64,000 bases of DNA from Chiloscyllium plagiosum (lineage: Eukaryota), in the NCBI RefSeq assembly GCF_004010195.1, contig NC_057718.1:57584660-57648659 (forward strand). The letters are read 5' to 3'. A program made the translations under genes and the position numbers. A model generated the notes under the pieces. The model did not search any database, was not told the origin of the DNA, and saw only the letters and a list, made by a program, of their open reading frames with translations. Each line of letters opens with the position of its first letter. Within the stretch, counting starts at the first letter, position 1. This document shows positions 24,331 to 36,646 of this stretch, one piece after another.

Positions 24331-25524
24331 TCCTGAACTACCTCCTGGTCCTGTTGCATTTTGTACAAAATCCCAAACATAAACAGGAATGACAGATAAT
24401 ATCGATGATGACTGGGGGGTAATCAAGAACATCTCCAGAAAACATCACAATTACAAGACCTGGACATGTTGGCAAATTACCTATACATTATAAAGATTCA
24501 TAGGCTGAATTGTTATTGTAAATAGTTAAAAGTTTCTTTTGTTGCACATCTTGACTCAAGAGAGTTCACCCTAAGGACTTCGGGTGCAGTGTGTATGCAA
24601 TGTTATGGCTGTCTGATAGTTCATTTGCTGTAGGCATGAAAACTGCAGATACGTATACAAAATACAGAAAAGAAGGGTTGCTGCAATGTCTGCTTCCTAG
24701 CTTGCAATGTATTTCACTGTACAATATACATTATTGCTTTGGGTAAACAATTCATAATTATGATTAACATGACATGCATTTAAGGGGAGATTTGTTACTC
24801 ACTTGAGGGTGAAGGAAGTAAGAAATCAGGTGAGGAGCAGTAATTGGTTTGGGAGTATAAATATTGAGCATTTGGGTCAAGTGACTTACAGTGTAAACCA
24901 TTTTTTAATCTAACATATTTATTACATCTTAAATAGAATAACACCTCCATTAAACTAACAATGTTGGAGGGATATTTTAAGCCTTGGAGTTTTTTATTTT
25001 ATAACACAGTGATTATTCCTCATCAGTGTGAGCCTGATTTCCTGATATGTGCTTCCATGTGTTGGCAATCAACCATGGAAACTGTCTAACTTCAGAATCC
25101 TCTCAGCACTCAGCTAAAGAAAGTGATTTTGCTGTTCCCATGCTGATCCCAACATTGGAATGAACTCCAGGTTGGAAAACCATAAGTTGTTGTGGAGGGA
25201 TATCAAATGTGCTTTTCTTGGAGGCAGCCAACTAAGAAGCAGGTTCTAGGACCTCCATCCAGTTAGGCAGTTACAATCAGTGAAGCTCAAGATTATGGTG
25301 GCTGGCTACCAATGAAAGACTCCTGTCCATTAGCAGGAGTGACCATGGAGGCAATTCCTGAAGAAAGGACAGGTAATAGGAAATACACAAGATTCCATGA
25401 AGTGACTGGAAGAGTATAGCAACTGCTTGTGGTAGATTACCTTTGTGAATTACCACAATACAAACACACAAAATAAAAGCAGAAGTAGGCAAATCAGCTC
25501 ATCAAACCTGGTCCACTATTTGTA

Positions 25525-26300
25525 TTCCAAGAGAGGTGAGTACATTGCATTCTTCCTTGTCAGAGCTGCATAGGTGGAGTGAGCACATGGCACCTGGGGC
25601 AACTTGTAATCCTGAAGCTATCTTTCACTGACCATACTCATTTCATTTTGCAATCTATCCACCCTTCAGGCACTCTGCCTCTTTCCTGATGAAGGGCTTT
25701 TGCCCAAAACGTTGATTTCCCTGCTCCTCGGATGCTGCCTGAACTGCTGTGCTTTTCCAGCACCACTCTAATCCAGAATCTGGTTTCCAGCATCTGCAGT
25801 CATTGTTTTTACCTTGCAGATCATATATGTCAATTCTTGGATGTGCCATGAATGGGAAGGGATTCCACTGCCTCAATGTCTGATGGTGTATGACTGAAAT
25901 CAACAGGTCATGCAAGACACTGCTTAGTTACCCAGCAGTAACCACATGTTCACCATGCCATCTAAATTTCAACCATCACATAAAACTAGAGAGTGGCTAC
26001 TGGACAATGTAGGTTATCTATTGACCACTTGGCTCATGACTCTGGTGCAGAACCCACAGCCACATGGAAAGTGTGAATGAAATGAAAGCTATGCTTCCAC
26101 ACCATCTTTCACTGAAAAGATCATTGTGGTGCTTGTGTAACACATCCATTGCTTACACAGCACTGCAGGAGCCCAGCAGCTCTCCCCAGAGTTTCTGCCA
26201 TGATTCACGATAGTCTGCTGCACTCTGCAAAGCCACCATTACGAAAGTTCAGCCATTGGCATAATGGATGCAGTGTGCAGCTAAAGGGGAGGAGGGAAAA
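25525..26300 (+). mobile_element. Harbinger transposase remnant (DDE region)
   Basis: NGKGFHCLNV (~25851), WLLDNVGYLLTTWLMTLVQNP (~25994-26056) and NESYAST...EKIIVVL match the HARBI1-type motifs NRKGFHSLNV, LLGD.GYPL..WLMTP, YN..H..TR..IE. Confidence 0.75.
25655..25814 (+). mobile_element. PLE terminal repeat inserted in the Harbinger transposase
   Basis: CTGATGAAGGGCTTTTGCCCAAAACGTTG...GATGCTGCCTGAACTGCTGTGCTTTTCCAGC...CATCTGCAGTC. Confidence 0.8.
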
Positions 26301-26934
26301 CATGAACAGAGTAGCAGGAAAGGAGGAGACTACCAACACTGCGATCATCTCATCTACCAATCAGCTGTACCAATCAGCTCAACTTCAATTCCACGTTTAC
26401 CAACAATCCTACACCTTATCATCCTGTTATTGAAAACGACTGTGTGTCCTCATTGACACACTGCTAAAGGGCACCACAAAATTCCAAGTGAAATTTGTAT
26501 GTCAAATCATCCAATATTCCATACATCATCATCCTTGTACCTTTCTTCTCTTGTCTTAACTGTCTAAATGCTACCCCTTGCAACATGGATGGTATAGATT
26601 ATTGTCTATCCACGAGGCTGTCTTTGAGCAGTACTAGGACTCAAGAGCCTGTCTTTATACTGCATCACAGCAGTATAGAGAGAACCAGTGAGGGCTTTCT
26701 GGCTGGCAGGCACAAGCAGGGATACTGACAGAGTGGCAGTGTGGGTGGACGAAAGTTGTCATCTTGACAGAACAGAACAGTTTGATTCTCCATGAAACTC
26801 AGGCGACCTGCCCAGGCCACTCATATCTCAGCAAGGAAGGACAGATTGCTGGACTGTCAGCACACATCAAAAACCTATTTGAATGTTGATATTCACAGCA
26901 AAGATGGTAGCTGTCTGAGGTGGGTATGGCAAAA

Positions 26935-27144
26935 TCGAAAAGTGTGGCACTGGAAAGGTATAGCAGATCAGGCAGCATCCAAGAAGCAGGAGAGTCGACA
27001 TTTCGGGCATAATCCCTTCAACAGGACATATGCCCAAAATGTCAACTCACCTGCTCCTCAGATGCTGCCTGACCTGCTGTGCTTTTCCAGTGCTACACTT
27101 TTCAACTTTGACTCTCCAGCATCTGCAGTCCTCACTTTCTCGCA
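26935..27144. mobile_element. PLE-derived hairpin insertion
   Basis: Inverted arms around ~27025; perfect 11-bp flanking repeat GTATGGCAAAA at 26924-26934 and 27145-27155. Confidence 0.85.
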
Positions 27145-27374
27145 GTATGGCAAAAGTTGATCTTGCATGATTGCAGTTCGAGTTTCTGCTGTTGGAGAGT
27201 TTTTGCTTCTGAAGCAATGGAAGGTGAGACATTGGTCTGCATTTGTTGTCACGGAGTTGCTCACTCCTAGTAAAACTGCTAGACACTCCCAGTAAGTACA
27301 GGTTGGTTGATTAACACCTGTGAAAGGTAAGGATTTCGAAAGAACACTGAAGGATAAAAACCAATAGACGCTTG

Positions 27375-27560
27375 GAGAGGCTTGAGTTTTTGAGTTTCTT
27401 ACAATGCTGCATCCAGGTCAAGGAGCTGGGTTCCTGGCATTGACACCACAGCTAGCTGGTTTCACTACTTTCTGAGAGTTTACCTGGAGGACATCTCGCC
27501 TTCTCTGCATTTCCCTGACCAAGTCACCAAGGCTGCCAATTTGAAGCCCATTTCTGCAAC
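27375..27560 (-). mobile_element. Harbinger Myb/SANT-like accessory gene remnant
   Basis: Minus strand with frameshifts: LVREMQRRRDVL...GVNARNPAP..WMQHCKKL, resembling L..EV..RR.VL..W..V...VN....R.W.QC.KK; convergent with the transposase at 25525-26300. Confidence 0.55.
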
Positions 27561-29164
27561 TTTATACCATTCTGGTGTCTGCCTCACACAAAAGAATCTT
27601 TTGCAACTACCTCCTGTCGCTCTTCCCTGTTTAGGGGGACGTTAAATATTCCTGTGCAACTTGAGTTTATGGTAGTTTCACATGATCCCAGGGCACCTTG
27701 CTGAGTATGCAGCCTTTCAACTGTATTTTCAGAATAGGGTTGTACAACTCGAATTATTAAAATTTTGCAGGCAGCTCAAAAAGGCATACACTGTGTGCAT
27801 TGGAAGCAATAGGTGTGGTTAATCATAGTGTGCCGTCTGCACCCATTTTGAAGTCTTATTGAATTTTGCCAACATGATAAGGCATTGTAGGATTGCTTAA
27901 CCAAACTATTTCTTTAAAGGATTAAATTTTAACCAATGGATGCTCAATAGAATTAAGCCTTGCAAATAAAAAAAATACATCTGATTTTTTTTGCCTTCAG
28001 AGACATGACTTTGGTCACATTTCTAAAGATTGTTAAATGGCATGGAATACATAGGCTCTTAATTTTATCAGGGATTCATCTCAATTTTGCTATAGAAATG
28101 ATAAGTAAGACATTGTTGTCCTGGTGCAGTTGGCAAGGGTTACTGCTCTCTGCCCAAACAAGATTATTATTTTACTACATGCTAGTTACTGCCAAATTCC
28201 TTTTTGCTAAGTCATCACAAAACTGTAAGCTCAGAAGCGTAAGTTATGGTTGGCAAAATCCCACAAACAAAATTCTAAATATATCAGTAATCCCAAGCTG
28301 TACTGCAGTTATTTTTTCTTAAGTATTAAGAACTCTATCATATGAACAATAACTGAATGCTATTATGGACTTGCCTAAATACACATTACCACTTGTTATA
28401 AATCTATTGCCTTGTCAATAGCTTTATTTATTTTCAATGCAGTTTCAAGCCAAAGGTATCAATCACATCATCCATCTCTTGGCACATAATTTTCCCCTCT
28501 CTGTCATGAACAATGACAAGTAAGGCCTCAAAACACACAATGAGTGGAAAGGTTCAGAATTTTGACTTTGAGAAGTATTTTTGTGACATCCCCCTCAATC
28601 TATATTAGCGACTTTAGAATCTTGTCATTCAGTGCATTTGTATCTCATCAAAACCCCTAGTTCTCGTTTCCAATTCTCCTCTTCCTCCCTGAGAAACTAG
28701 ATGATGCAAATTCCTGACATGCATGTCAGAGCCGGTACCTTGTGGCTTGTCCCAACCATCACCGAAAATGTTTCTTCACAGCCACTGCCCTCCTTGACAC
28801 TTCATCCACATATATCCGTAAACCATCAGCCTCACCACATTATCAAACCTGTTCGTACAGTGACTCCCACACCACTTCAACCCTTAAACGACCACTTAAA
28901 AGCTCAATGACATGAGCTTCCGACCTGACATGCATTTGTCAGGTTGCCTTATGTGCAGGGACATAAACATCTCATGTGTCTACATACGAAGCAACATAGG
29001 GCGGAGAATTCTTTGTTTCTTCTCACTCTCTCTGCACTAACCTGGAGGCTGCTAGTCTCTGTCTATTTCACATGTCTGTCTTTAGTGTACACTCACTGAC
29101 TTTAGCACTGATTCACAGGCTGTCAGCCTGTGTGTGTGTGTGTGTCCCATTGCTTTCTTAGTGC

Positions 29165-29250
29165 CAGTTTATAGCCCAACAGGTTTATATAACCTGGTTT
29201 GAGAGATTTTTAACTTGGTCCACCCCAATCTAACACCAGCTCTTCCACAT
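29165..29250 (+). mobile_element. Probable terminal fragment of another PLE-type repeat
   Basis: Short fold-back CCAG.TTATA...TATAACCTGG followed by GATTTTTAACTT.GTCCACCCCA.TC.AACACC.GC; family assignment from recall only. Confidence 0.4.
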
Positions 29251-29722
29251 GGCTTTGAAAGGGTGGACGCTAGGAAATTGTTTCCGTTAGGCGAGGAGAG
29301 TAGGACCCGTGTAAGGCCTTAATTCCTTGTAACATCAAGAATTTATGAATCTCAATGACAAGAGGCCTTACTTGACAGAGGCGGGAAAATTATGTGCCAA
29401 GAGATGGATGATGTGATTGATACCTTTGGCTTGAAACAGCCTTAGAATTAGAGGGGGTAAATTCAGAACAGAAATGCGGAGACATTTCTTCAGCCAGAGA
29501 GTGGTGGGCCTGTGGAATTCAATGCCACGGAGTGCAGTGGAGGCCGGGACGCTAAATGTCTTCAAGGCAGAGATTGATAAATTCTTGATGTCACAAGGAA
29601 TGAAGGGCTACGGGGAGAATGCGGATAAGTGGAGTTGAAATGCCCATCAGCCATGATTGAATGGTGGAGTGGACTCGATGGGCCGAATAGCCTTACTTCC
29701 ACTCCTATGTCTTATGGTCTTA
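29248..29722 (+). mobile_element. Young CR1 3' fragment containing a foreign insertion at 29312-29437
   Basis: Nearly identical to 53512-53860 outside the insertion; tail CCTATGTCTTATGGTCTTA. Confidence 0.92.
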
Positions 29723-30469
29723 TCTTGCTTTCTTAGCACACAGGGCCTTCATTGCTCAGTCACAGCTTTCCACCCTCTGTGGCTTTTATCACAGAGAGAC
29801 AGGCTGCTTGTCATTGGTGGAGAACACTTAATACTCATTGGGGTGGGCATTTTAACGTACATCACCATGTAATATCTATTCCACACCAGCAGAATGTAAC
29901 AGCAGCTTCCACAGCAAACAGACTGCGTGCGCTCCCAGTAAATGGTCATATCTGAAAGTCAACAGGGAAACAAGTCTTAGGAGAGTGAAGGAGAATTACA
30001 GACTGTCAGAGAGTACTCCCACAGTCAGCCAAAGGACTTGTCTGATTAAGGTCCAAGGTTTCGGCTGTGATCAATCAGGTATTTGATCCTACCGGAATCT
30101 GTCGATGTATGCCCTTGAAATCCAGGATTTTTGTCATGTTCAGTCTTGCAGCTCAACTGCAGCCAGTGTGGGGATTTAGGCAGGTCAGTTAGGGTGCAGG
30201 AGAGATATCCGTCTGGGAGATAGGCCAATGTTTTCCTTTTATGTGACACAGGAAGGGATTGAATATATTATAAGTGAATAAAAGTGCAGTTAACAGTGAT
30301 GCAGCAGCAGTAATGAGGTGTCCCTGGTAAGCGGGTAGGAAGTGCAGAGGTCAGCAAGAGTTTGGGAGAATGGGATGGGTGAGAGGAGCATGTAGTTGCA
30401 GAATTCGAGTGAGTGGTGGACTTGTAAATATGAGGCAGTGCAGTGAAGATGGTGGCACATTCTTGTGTG

Positions 30470-30705
30470 GGGCATGGAGGATGACTAGCCTTCTTCCTGT
30501 ACATTGGGTGTCCCACTTCACCTGGAACACAGCACTGATCCAGGCTGCAATTTGTCCCCAGACTAGCTTGGTCTGGTGCCATGGCCTCCTGTGACAATCT
30601 GCATTAAGGAGGACTGTCTTCCTCTCCATGAACCATCCACTAAAAGCTCCAGGTCCCTGTTTGCAAAGTGGGGAGTGAACTTTCCTATCCTTTGAGTCAT
30701 GCCGT
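30470..30705 (-). mobile_element. Harbinger Myb/SANT-like gene remnant
   Basis: MTQRIGKFTPHFANRDLELLVDG / MERKTVLL..DCHRRPWHQTKLVWGQIAAWISAV...QC (one frameshift), typical of Myb-like domains of Harbinger accessory proteins. Confidence 0.65.
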
Positions 30706-31636
30706 TGGTGACCAGCCAAGGACCTCAGTATGGGGGGGGCAGTTCCAAGCTTGCAGCACTTTATCTAGTCCCAATGGCACAGCCAGGCCTCATGATTCCC
30801 CAAAAATGATGCCCAAGTGCCCAACTGCATAATTAAAAAAGCAGAAGATAGAGAGAGTGAAGTCACTCCGTGCCATGGCGAACTGGGTATCATGAACCTC
30901 CTGCGAAAGGAGTCTTCAATTGAAATTGGGAAAATTCTGCCCTTGCTTTTTTACTTTCTGGTGTTTTTAACAGAAAGCTATTTAAAATTTCAACATAGAG
31001 ACAATATAGAGACAAATTATATGAATTTCTGGGGGTTAACACAAAATAAAATGTACTGTAAGTGACAGAATTACGAACTTGAACAACAGAAGCCATTGGG
31101 TACCATCATAGCAAACCTGGCCTATAGGGAAAAGTAAAAGAATCTCATACGTAAGAGCAAAACCAAAGTACTGCATTGGAAGTACAAGGTTTTTGGGATG
31201 GCTTTATGTAATCAGATAGATTTTGATGATCATACCAATTAATCAAGAACTTTTCTATGTTGCATTATCTTCCACTCATTCCCAAAACTGTCCCTAGGAA
31301 ATGGTGAATCAGGGTAATTTGGCATGAGCCTGGCATTGTTTGGGATCATAGGTGCCAACTCCCAAATTGCCCACAGGGTGGGAGTAATTCCGACCTAGAG
31401 AGCACCAACATTTCCCTGAAACATCCAATCAGGGAGAGATCTGCTGGAGTTCTTCATCCAATCAAAGGTTGCTAGTCCTTATGCCTGCTGCGAATTAGCT
31501 TGTTGTAAACCTATCAGCATAAAATGTGGGAGGCAAGGGATCTCCAAACAGACAAAAAGGGAGAAGGCGAGTGATAGTTGTGAGCCCTGGGCTGGAGGCC
31601 AGGTGGAGCAGGTGCAAGGGGCATGCGTCTGGGAAG

Positions 31637-31638
<2 letters not shown>

Positions 31639-31670
<32 letters not shown>
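31639..31670. repeat. (GT)16 microsatellite
   Basis: Direct observation. Confidence 0.95.
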
Positions 31671-31673
<3 letters not shown>

Positions 31674-32027
31674 GCTTGAAGGAGGGGTCACCCTCATTCC
31701 CATCCAGCTTTGCTCTCTATTTCTCCTACATGTGTGGCCAAAGAAACTTTGGTGTAGTTCCCCATTGGGAATACATTCATATTCCCCATTCATTGTCTCT
31801 CACTGTAATAGTGCAGCTGCATCATTGTAATTTCCAGGATACTGCTATCTCTTCCACTTATTTTTCCCATTAGATTGAGGATTCTACACACATCTTTAAT
31901 TTCTGGCATCCTCTCTCACCTTTTCTATTCACAGCTGATATTTTTTGATGTCTCACATTAAGTTTATTATCACTTTCCTGCAGCTCTGGCTCCAGAGTTC
32001 AAATATTTGTCAGCAACATGTCCTCAG

Positions 32028-33163
32028 TATAACACAAAACAGCACAGGAACAGGCCTTTGGCCCACCAAACCTGTGCCAATTCCTAATCCTTATTTGGAC
32101 CCATTACATATGACCCATACGTGGTTTCTATTCCCTCTGTTCGCCTCCCATTCATGTGTCTATCAAGACACATCTTAAACATTGCTAATGTGCCTGCTTT
32201 CACCACCTCCACTGGCAGCATATTCCAGGCACCCATGACTGTCTGTGTGAAAAACTTCCTCGCACTTTTCCCTGAAACTTGCCCCCTCTCATCTTGAACC
32301 CGTGCCTTCATATAGTTGACCTTATCATCCTGCGATAAAGCTTCTGACTATCCACCCTATCTATGCAATTCATAATTTTGTAGATCCCTCAGCCTCTGTC
32401 TTTCCAGTAAAAACAATCTGGGTTTATCCAACCTCTTTATAACTAAAACCCTCCAGCCCAGGCAACATCCTGGGAATTCTTCTCTGCCCCCTCTCCAAAG
32501 ATTCCATGTCCTTCTGGTAGTGTGGTGACCAGAACGGCATGCACTATTCCAAAAGTGGTCTAGCTAAAGTTTCATACAGCTGTAACATAACTTGCCAACT
32601 TTTATACTCGATACCCTGACTGATGAAGACAAGTGGGCTGTATAGCTTCTTGATCACCTTATCCACCTGTGTAGCCACTTTCAGGGGTCCAGATCCTTCC
32701 ATATGAGACAAAAAAAACTGCAGGTGCTGGGAGTCAAGGTAGACAAGCTGGATGCTGGAAGAACACAGCAAGCCAGGCAGTATCAGGAGGTGGAGAAATC
32801 AACATTTTGGGTTGAACCCTTCTTCAGAATCCCTCTATGTAAATGTCTGAAGGGTTCTGCCATTCATTGTATTATTCACATCTGAATTTGATCTTCCAAA
32901 ACGCATCACCTCACGTTTGTCCAGGTTAATCTCCATCAGCCATTTCTCTGCCCAAATCTGCAATCTATCTATATCCCACTGTATCCTCCTCAAAAAATTT
33001 AATCAAGTTGGTGAGACATGACCTTCCTTGCACAAACCTGTACTGCCTATCTCTAACAAATCCATTTGCTTCCAGGTGTGAATAAATCCTGTCTCTCAGT
33101 ATCTTCTCCAATAGCTTTCCCCACCACTGACCTCACGCTCACCGGCCTGTAAATACTAGGATT
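32028..33163 (-). mobile_element. CR1 LINE fragment (RT C-terminus to 3' end)
   Basis: ORFs 32544-32771 (SQGIEYKS..VMLQLYETLARPLLE) and 32084-32311 (FFTQ.V.GAWN.LP). Confidence 0.85.
32705..32830 (-). mobile_element. PLE terminal repeat (third subfamily) nested in CR1
   Basis: AACTGCAGGTGCTGG...GCTGGAAGAACACAGCAAGCCAGGCAG; minus strand reads CTGAAGA-A-GGGT TCA ACCC-AAAA-TG-TT. Confidence 0.75.
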
Positions 33164-35676
33164 CACTACTTGAAGAATTTAGATTTTTAGCTCTTGGACC
33201 TTTTCTCCATCAATAGTGGGGGGGGGGGGGGGAAAGACTGGAAATGAAATCCATCTGCTCCGAAAATGTTATAACAATTATGAATGTCTTCTTCAAATCT
33301 TTCTTTTTCACTCCCCTCTGTTTCCATCACACTTACCTCACCACACCTCCACACCTATGACTGCTGATTTAAACATACTATTCCCACACCCATTAAAACT
33401 GAATTCAAAATAGTTCTTGTTTTGCTCACAGTTAACTAATTAAGCCCAATACCTCTTTAAAAAGGGCAATTGATAAGTGCAATGCACTTTTCTGCATTCT
33501 GTCATCTCACAGACCATTACAGTTACTTGTTTTGAAATTTTTAAAATATTTACATTCTTGCGTTCAGTGGTCCAATAGAGGTTTTCTTCATCCCTGGTGG
33601 TCTTTTGGTAGTTTAATGCCAATGAACATGCAGCTGCTGGAGGTGGCAATCGAGAGAAAATGTGATATCTCACACTCAAAAGAACTATAGCCGGCCTAGG
33701 TATGAATGATAACTTGTTTTAATATACTCATTCCTTAATAGGTTAATGTTATGAAACATTGACAGCATTATGGTGGCAATCCTTTCTTGATGTGCGCTAC
33801 TGGGAATCATTATTTTGTTTGTTGAACATATGAATTTTAGGACTGCATTGGTTCAAGTAGAACCACTGGTCTGATGTCTAATACTGCCATTAATCAAATT
33901 CAAAAAGGTTTGAGGAAGTTATTAAATCTAATGGTCAGTCTACATTAACGTACAGCACCACTTTTTTGAATTTAAAGTTTATAAATATGTAGAAAGTTTT
34001 ATTTATCAAATTTATCTGGGATCTGTGGGCTTGTACAACAGTGAACTACCTTTGACCATGATCCATGCAACTTTTGTTTTATGGATTCTCTGGTTTGATG
34101 ATTTTTGTATCGACTTTAACTTGTTTTGAAACCTTTGATACCTTCATAATAGTTGTTGAGTCTGCAGCATAAAATTGGCCATAATTAAGTATTGATTTAC
34201 TTTAATCTGACCATTTATTCCAAAAACTGCAAAAATGACTCATGTGAGAATGTGAAATGTGAAACCAGTAGAATAGGAATGCACTTTCATTTGTGGAAGG
34301 CTTTAACATCCCCCAGCGATTGTACATGTTATAACTGAGTGGATTGTAAGGCTGTGAATGGAAAAAATCTACAGCTCAATTTCTCAACACTCACATCCTT
34401 AACCGGACAAACACAAAACTATACCACAATACCAGAAAATTATTTTTAAAAACTCTTATTGCTTTTCAGCAATGTACACATTCGCAATTAATGTCTATTT
34501 CCTTCAAATAAAACTGTACATATTTTTATTTGCAGCTGTACTTACAATAGTATTCTATTTTCTGATTAAAAAGAAAGTAGTTTTCCTTCCCTTATTGATG
34601 AAAACAAATGCTTGCCCCAAACCCTATGACTTGAGATTACATTTTTGTGGAATTGGACCTATTCCAGAGATCTTCTAGCAGGACTCTGATGTGAAACTCG
34701 TGCATCTGTGTCCAACCAATTCCATTTTTGCTGGTAGGATGAAGGGATGAGGCATGAATCTCACAAGCTACAAATCAAAACTTAGCAGGATGATTTAAAA
34801 TTATTACTGAGTTTAATCAGACCTCATTTTGCTATTCCAAAGGCCTTAATCCATATTTTGGGACTCAACATTTGTAGACTAGATGTAAGTGCTCTTCTAA
34901 AGCAGATACATCTGTACAAGTGTCAAGCTCTGAAGTGATTTAAATGCCTGCCCTATAAAAACAAACAAATATAGGCTAAAGTACTGTAGAGCTCAGTGCT
35001 GGCATTTTCAAAGGCTGTTATTACAGCTGAGGTCATTATGAATGCTTTGTTGAGTTGTCAACGTTTTAAAACCACAGACCTCACTCAGCAGGTTGCTGAG
35101 TTCACATTTTGATTGATAGCTTAAAGTGGTTATTAAATGACTAGCTAACACAGTTATGTAACAGAAATTTGCCTGATTTTTTAAATTAACAGATTAAACT
35201 CTTGATAGGGAATTTAAAATCTTTGAAAAGATTCCATGAAATGGATTTTTTTCTGCATAAAATGTATGAGAGTAACAACTCTATTTGAATGTTAAAAATA
35301 AACATTTTTTTCATTTGCACCACATTTCTTAGGTTTGCCCAATGAGTTGAGTAGCTATGGGGATGACATTAGGCATGAGATGGTATGGAGTTGTCATGGA
35401 GGAGTCATAAGGAGTGAGGGCTGGGGTGTCTAAAGGTTCTGAAATAACTATGACAAAGTCTTGGAGAACTAAGGTGGCCCTGTCAACTAGCCTCTGTATT
35501 CATGACCTGTGTGGCCCCATATAGTCTGTTTTCAGGATCAGCAGGCCCACTCTAGCCCCTACTTCCCAGTACTGAAAATTGGTCATAATAAGGATCTTCA
35601 ACCAGAACACCCCAGTAGCAAAACTCCAGTCCTGGATCTCCAAAAAAAAAAATTTTTAGTACAAATAATTGTAAGG

Positions 35677-36005
35677 AGATAGTAATGTATTGGTAATGTC
35701 ACTAGGCTAGCAATCCAGAACACCAACCTAATGGTCTAGAGACATGTGATCAAATTTCATTCTAGCAGGTGATGAAATTTAAATTCAACAACAAAAGTCT
35801 GGTATTAAAAAACTTGATTAATGGCCACTTGTAATCACTGTTGGTTGCTGATCTAGTTCATTGACAGGAAAGCTGCCAACTTTACCTGGACTGGACTTCA
35901 TCTGACTCTAGACTCTCAAAATGTGGTTGCCTCTTGACAGTCCACTGGACAGTGAGCATTAGGTAATAAATGTTGATGCCGACCATCCCATGAACAAATA
36001 TTTTA
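35677..36005 (+). mobile_element. Internally deleted non-autonomous derivative of the 9002-12165 LINE family
   Basis: Shares collinear 5' blocks (AGCAGGTGATG.AATT.AA, ATCT.GTTCA, CTGCCA...ACCTGG.CTGG.CT.CAT, AATGTGGTTG) and a 3' block (AATAA.TGTT..GATGCC..CATCCCA) with that LINE. Confidence 0.65.
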
Positions 36006-36535
36006 AAAATTGCTTATCATTTCAAACAAGTGAATTGTATTTAATTACAAACACAGAACATAAACACTGATTCTATTCTGTTCATTTAAATTCACAAGTA
36101 GCCTCTATCTGCAACAAGTGTGGAAATACAGGTTCCCAATTATGCAGCAAATAGAAAACAAATATAACTAGCTCAATACCTGTATTTTTTTTTCTGGGTC
36201 CTTCAGTTAACTAGCCGAAAGGTGAAACATATCCCCTTGTGTTTGAAGTACATTACATTGCTACGTAGCGCTATGTCAAAAGTATGATGAACAATAATTT
36301 ACAGCCAAATTGCTGAGGAAATGAGAAATGAGCGTGACATGCCTTTCATCATGCTTTACAAATTCACACATGTATTTATCCAAGCTGCCCCACTACTCCT
36401 GAGCCTGCTTGCCTTTCATTTGAATGTGTTTTATCAGCCCCCAGACAGGCGATTAAATGGAATCTTATATAATAGTCAATCAATTTGAAGTGAAAATGCA
36501 GAACTATCATCTATTACTCTCCTACTTTAGATATT

Positions 36536-36646
36536 TTCTGATCAACTTGTTTAGAGATGTTATTACACACCTCTGGAACAGGTGGGACTTGAACTCCAGC
36601 CTCCAGGTTCAGAAGTAGGGACACTACCACTGCATCACAAGAGCCC
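36536..36646 (-). mobile_element. Short tRNA-derived SINE
   Basis: Minus strand GGGCTCTTGTGATGCAGTGGTAG (A-box-like) ... GAGTTCAAGTCC (B box); second copy at 20158-20270. Confidence 0.75.

Noticed and set aside
33440..33700. Minus-strand 79-aa ORF with possible splice sites
   Set aside because: No recognisable protein similarity and weak splice signals.
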